Shown: positions 63,291-64,000 of the stretch, piece by piece | How positions within the stretch are numbered: position 1 is the first letter of the stretch | Layout of the letters: every line of letters begins with the position of its first letter | Origin: an uncultured delta proteobacterium | Lineage (GTDB): Bacteria; Myxococcota_A; Polyangia; Palsa-1104 | NCBI GenBank assembly: GCA_963785725.1 | Contig: CAWAWS010000033.1 | Span: 256,001 to 320,000 of the forward strand | Reading direction: 5' to 3' | DNA: 64,000 nucleotides | The notes under the pieces: model-generated | The model's database searches: none | What the model saw: only the letters and a program-made list of their open reading frames with translations | Told to the model about the DNA's origin: nothing | Program-made: the position numbers and the translations under genes

Positions 63291-63721
63291 CGTCGCCTCC
63301 CTTTGTCGAACGAGATGGGAGGCACTGTATCGATGGCGCATTGCGTCACTGTTTCGTCAGAATGAATTGTCTGTAACTCGATCAACAAAATGACATTTGG
63401 AGCGACCACTGACAAACAGGTCCAGCTCGCTTCCGCCAATCGTCATTTCGAGTGCAGTCGAGCGGCGGCGATCACCGTCGCTGAGCGGGCCCAGATCCGC
63501 CGACGATGGCGAACGCTCAGCCGGCCTCTTTTTGCCGCGCGGGATTGCACGCCAAATCGAGCCGCATTGTTAGTCAGCCATTTGTGCGCGTCATTTCAGC
63601 GCGCGCGCACAACCGCTAGCGGCGCCACCGCCGCCGCTGATCGTGGGACATCGATCGTGTATCCTGCGACGCCTTGGGCTCACCGACCTCAGCAGCTCGT
63701 CCAATCGTCGACCGCCCGCGG

Positions 63722-64000
63722 GTGCGCACGGCGCTGCTTGCCGCAGCCGCGCTGCTCATGGTCGCGCATTGCCTCCGCTTCCGCGACTTCACCGTCGACG
63801 ACGCCGCCATCAGCTACGCCTATTCGCAGAGCTTCGCGCACGGAAACGGCCTGGTCGGCTTCGCCGGCGGTGAGCGAGTCGAAGGCTATTCCAACTTCCT
63901 ATGGGTGATCCTCGTAGGCGCTTGCACTGCGGTCTTCGGCCACATCCTCATCGTCGGCAAAGTGCTCGGCCTGCTGTTGGCTGTCCTCATCACGCTCGGC
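63722..64000 (+). CDS. Membrane glycosyltransferase-like (GT-C type) protein, runs off the window
   Basis: [21 protein letters not shown]...[15 protein letters not shown]. Start uncertain. Confidence 0.65.
   Translation, partial: MRTALLAAAALLMVAHCLRFRDFTVDDAAISYAYSQSFAHGNGLVGFAGGERVEGYSNFLWVILVGACTAVFGHILIVGKVLGLLLAVLITLG

Noticed and set aside
63400..63620. sigma54 -24/-12 promoter for amtB
   Set aside because: The candidate TGGC...TGC elements I checked lack the required GG-N10-GC spacing.

Overview
GC-rich window, most likely from a myxobacterium (Myxococcota): it has a MYXO-CTERM sorting signal, a TonB-C-fused receptor, a Hanks-type kinase and many single-domain receivers. Most of it is ordinary accessory metabolism and regulation: cobalamin-riboswitch nrdAB, an Mdt-like efflux set, lipase plus FadL, a two-component cluster and amtB-porin-glnB. 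Four apparent single-base insertions in three genes look like sequencing error, and several short gene relics are present. The best candidate for an undescribed system is a minus-strand unit at about 36.6-40.6 kb. Two paralogous Cys-Cys leader-peptide attenuators, each with a TTGACA promoter, a shared palindromic operator and an intrinsic terminator, precede a Zn-finger-like ORF, three Met/Cys-poor DsrE/F/H-like proteins, a DUF2325-like protein, a micro-membrane ORF, an atypical GCA-anticodon tRNA with G73, a clade-D-like beta-carbonic anhydrase and a Tat-signal DOPA-dioxygenase-family protein. The second candidate is a RiPP locus: a double-glycine precursor, a radical SAM/SPASM enzyme and an adjacent S41 peptidase. 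All family assignments come from motif recognition by eye; no database search was run.
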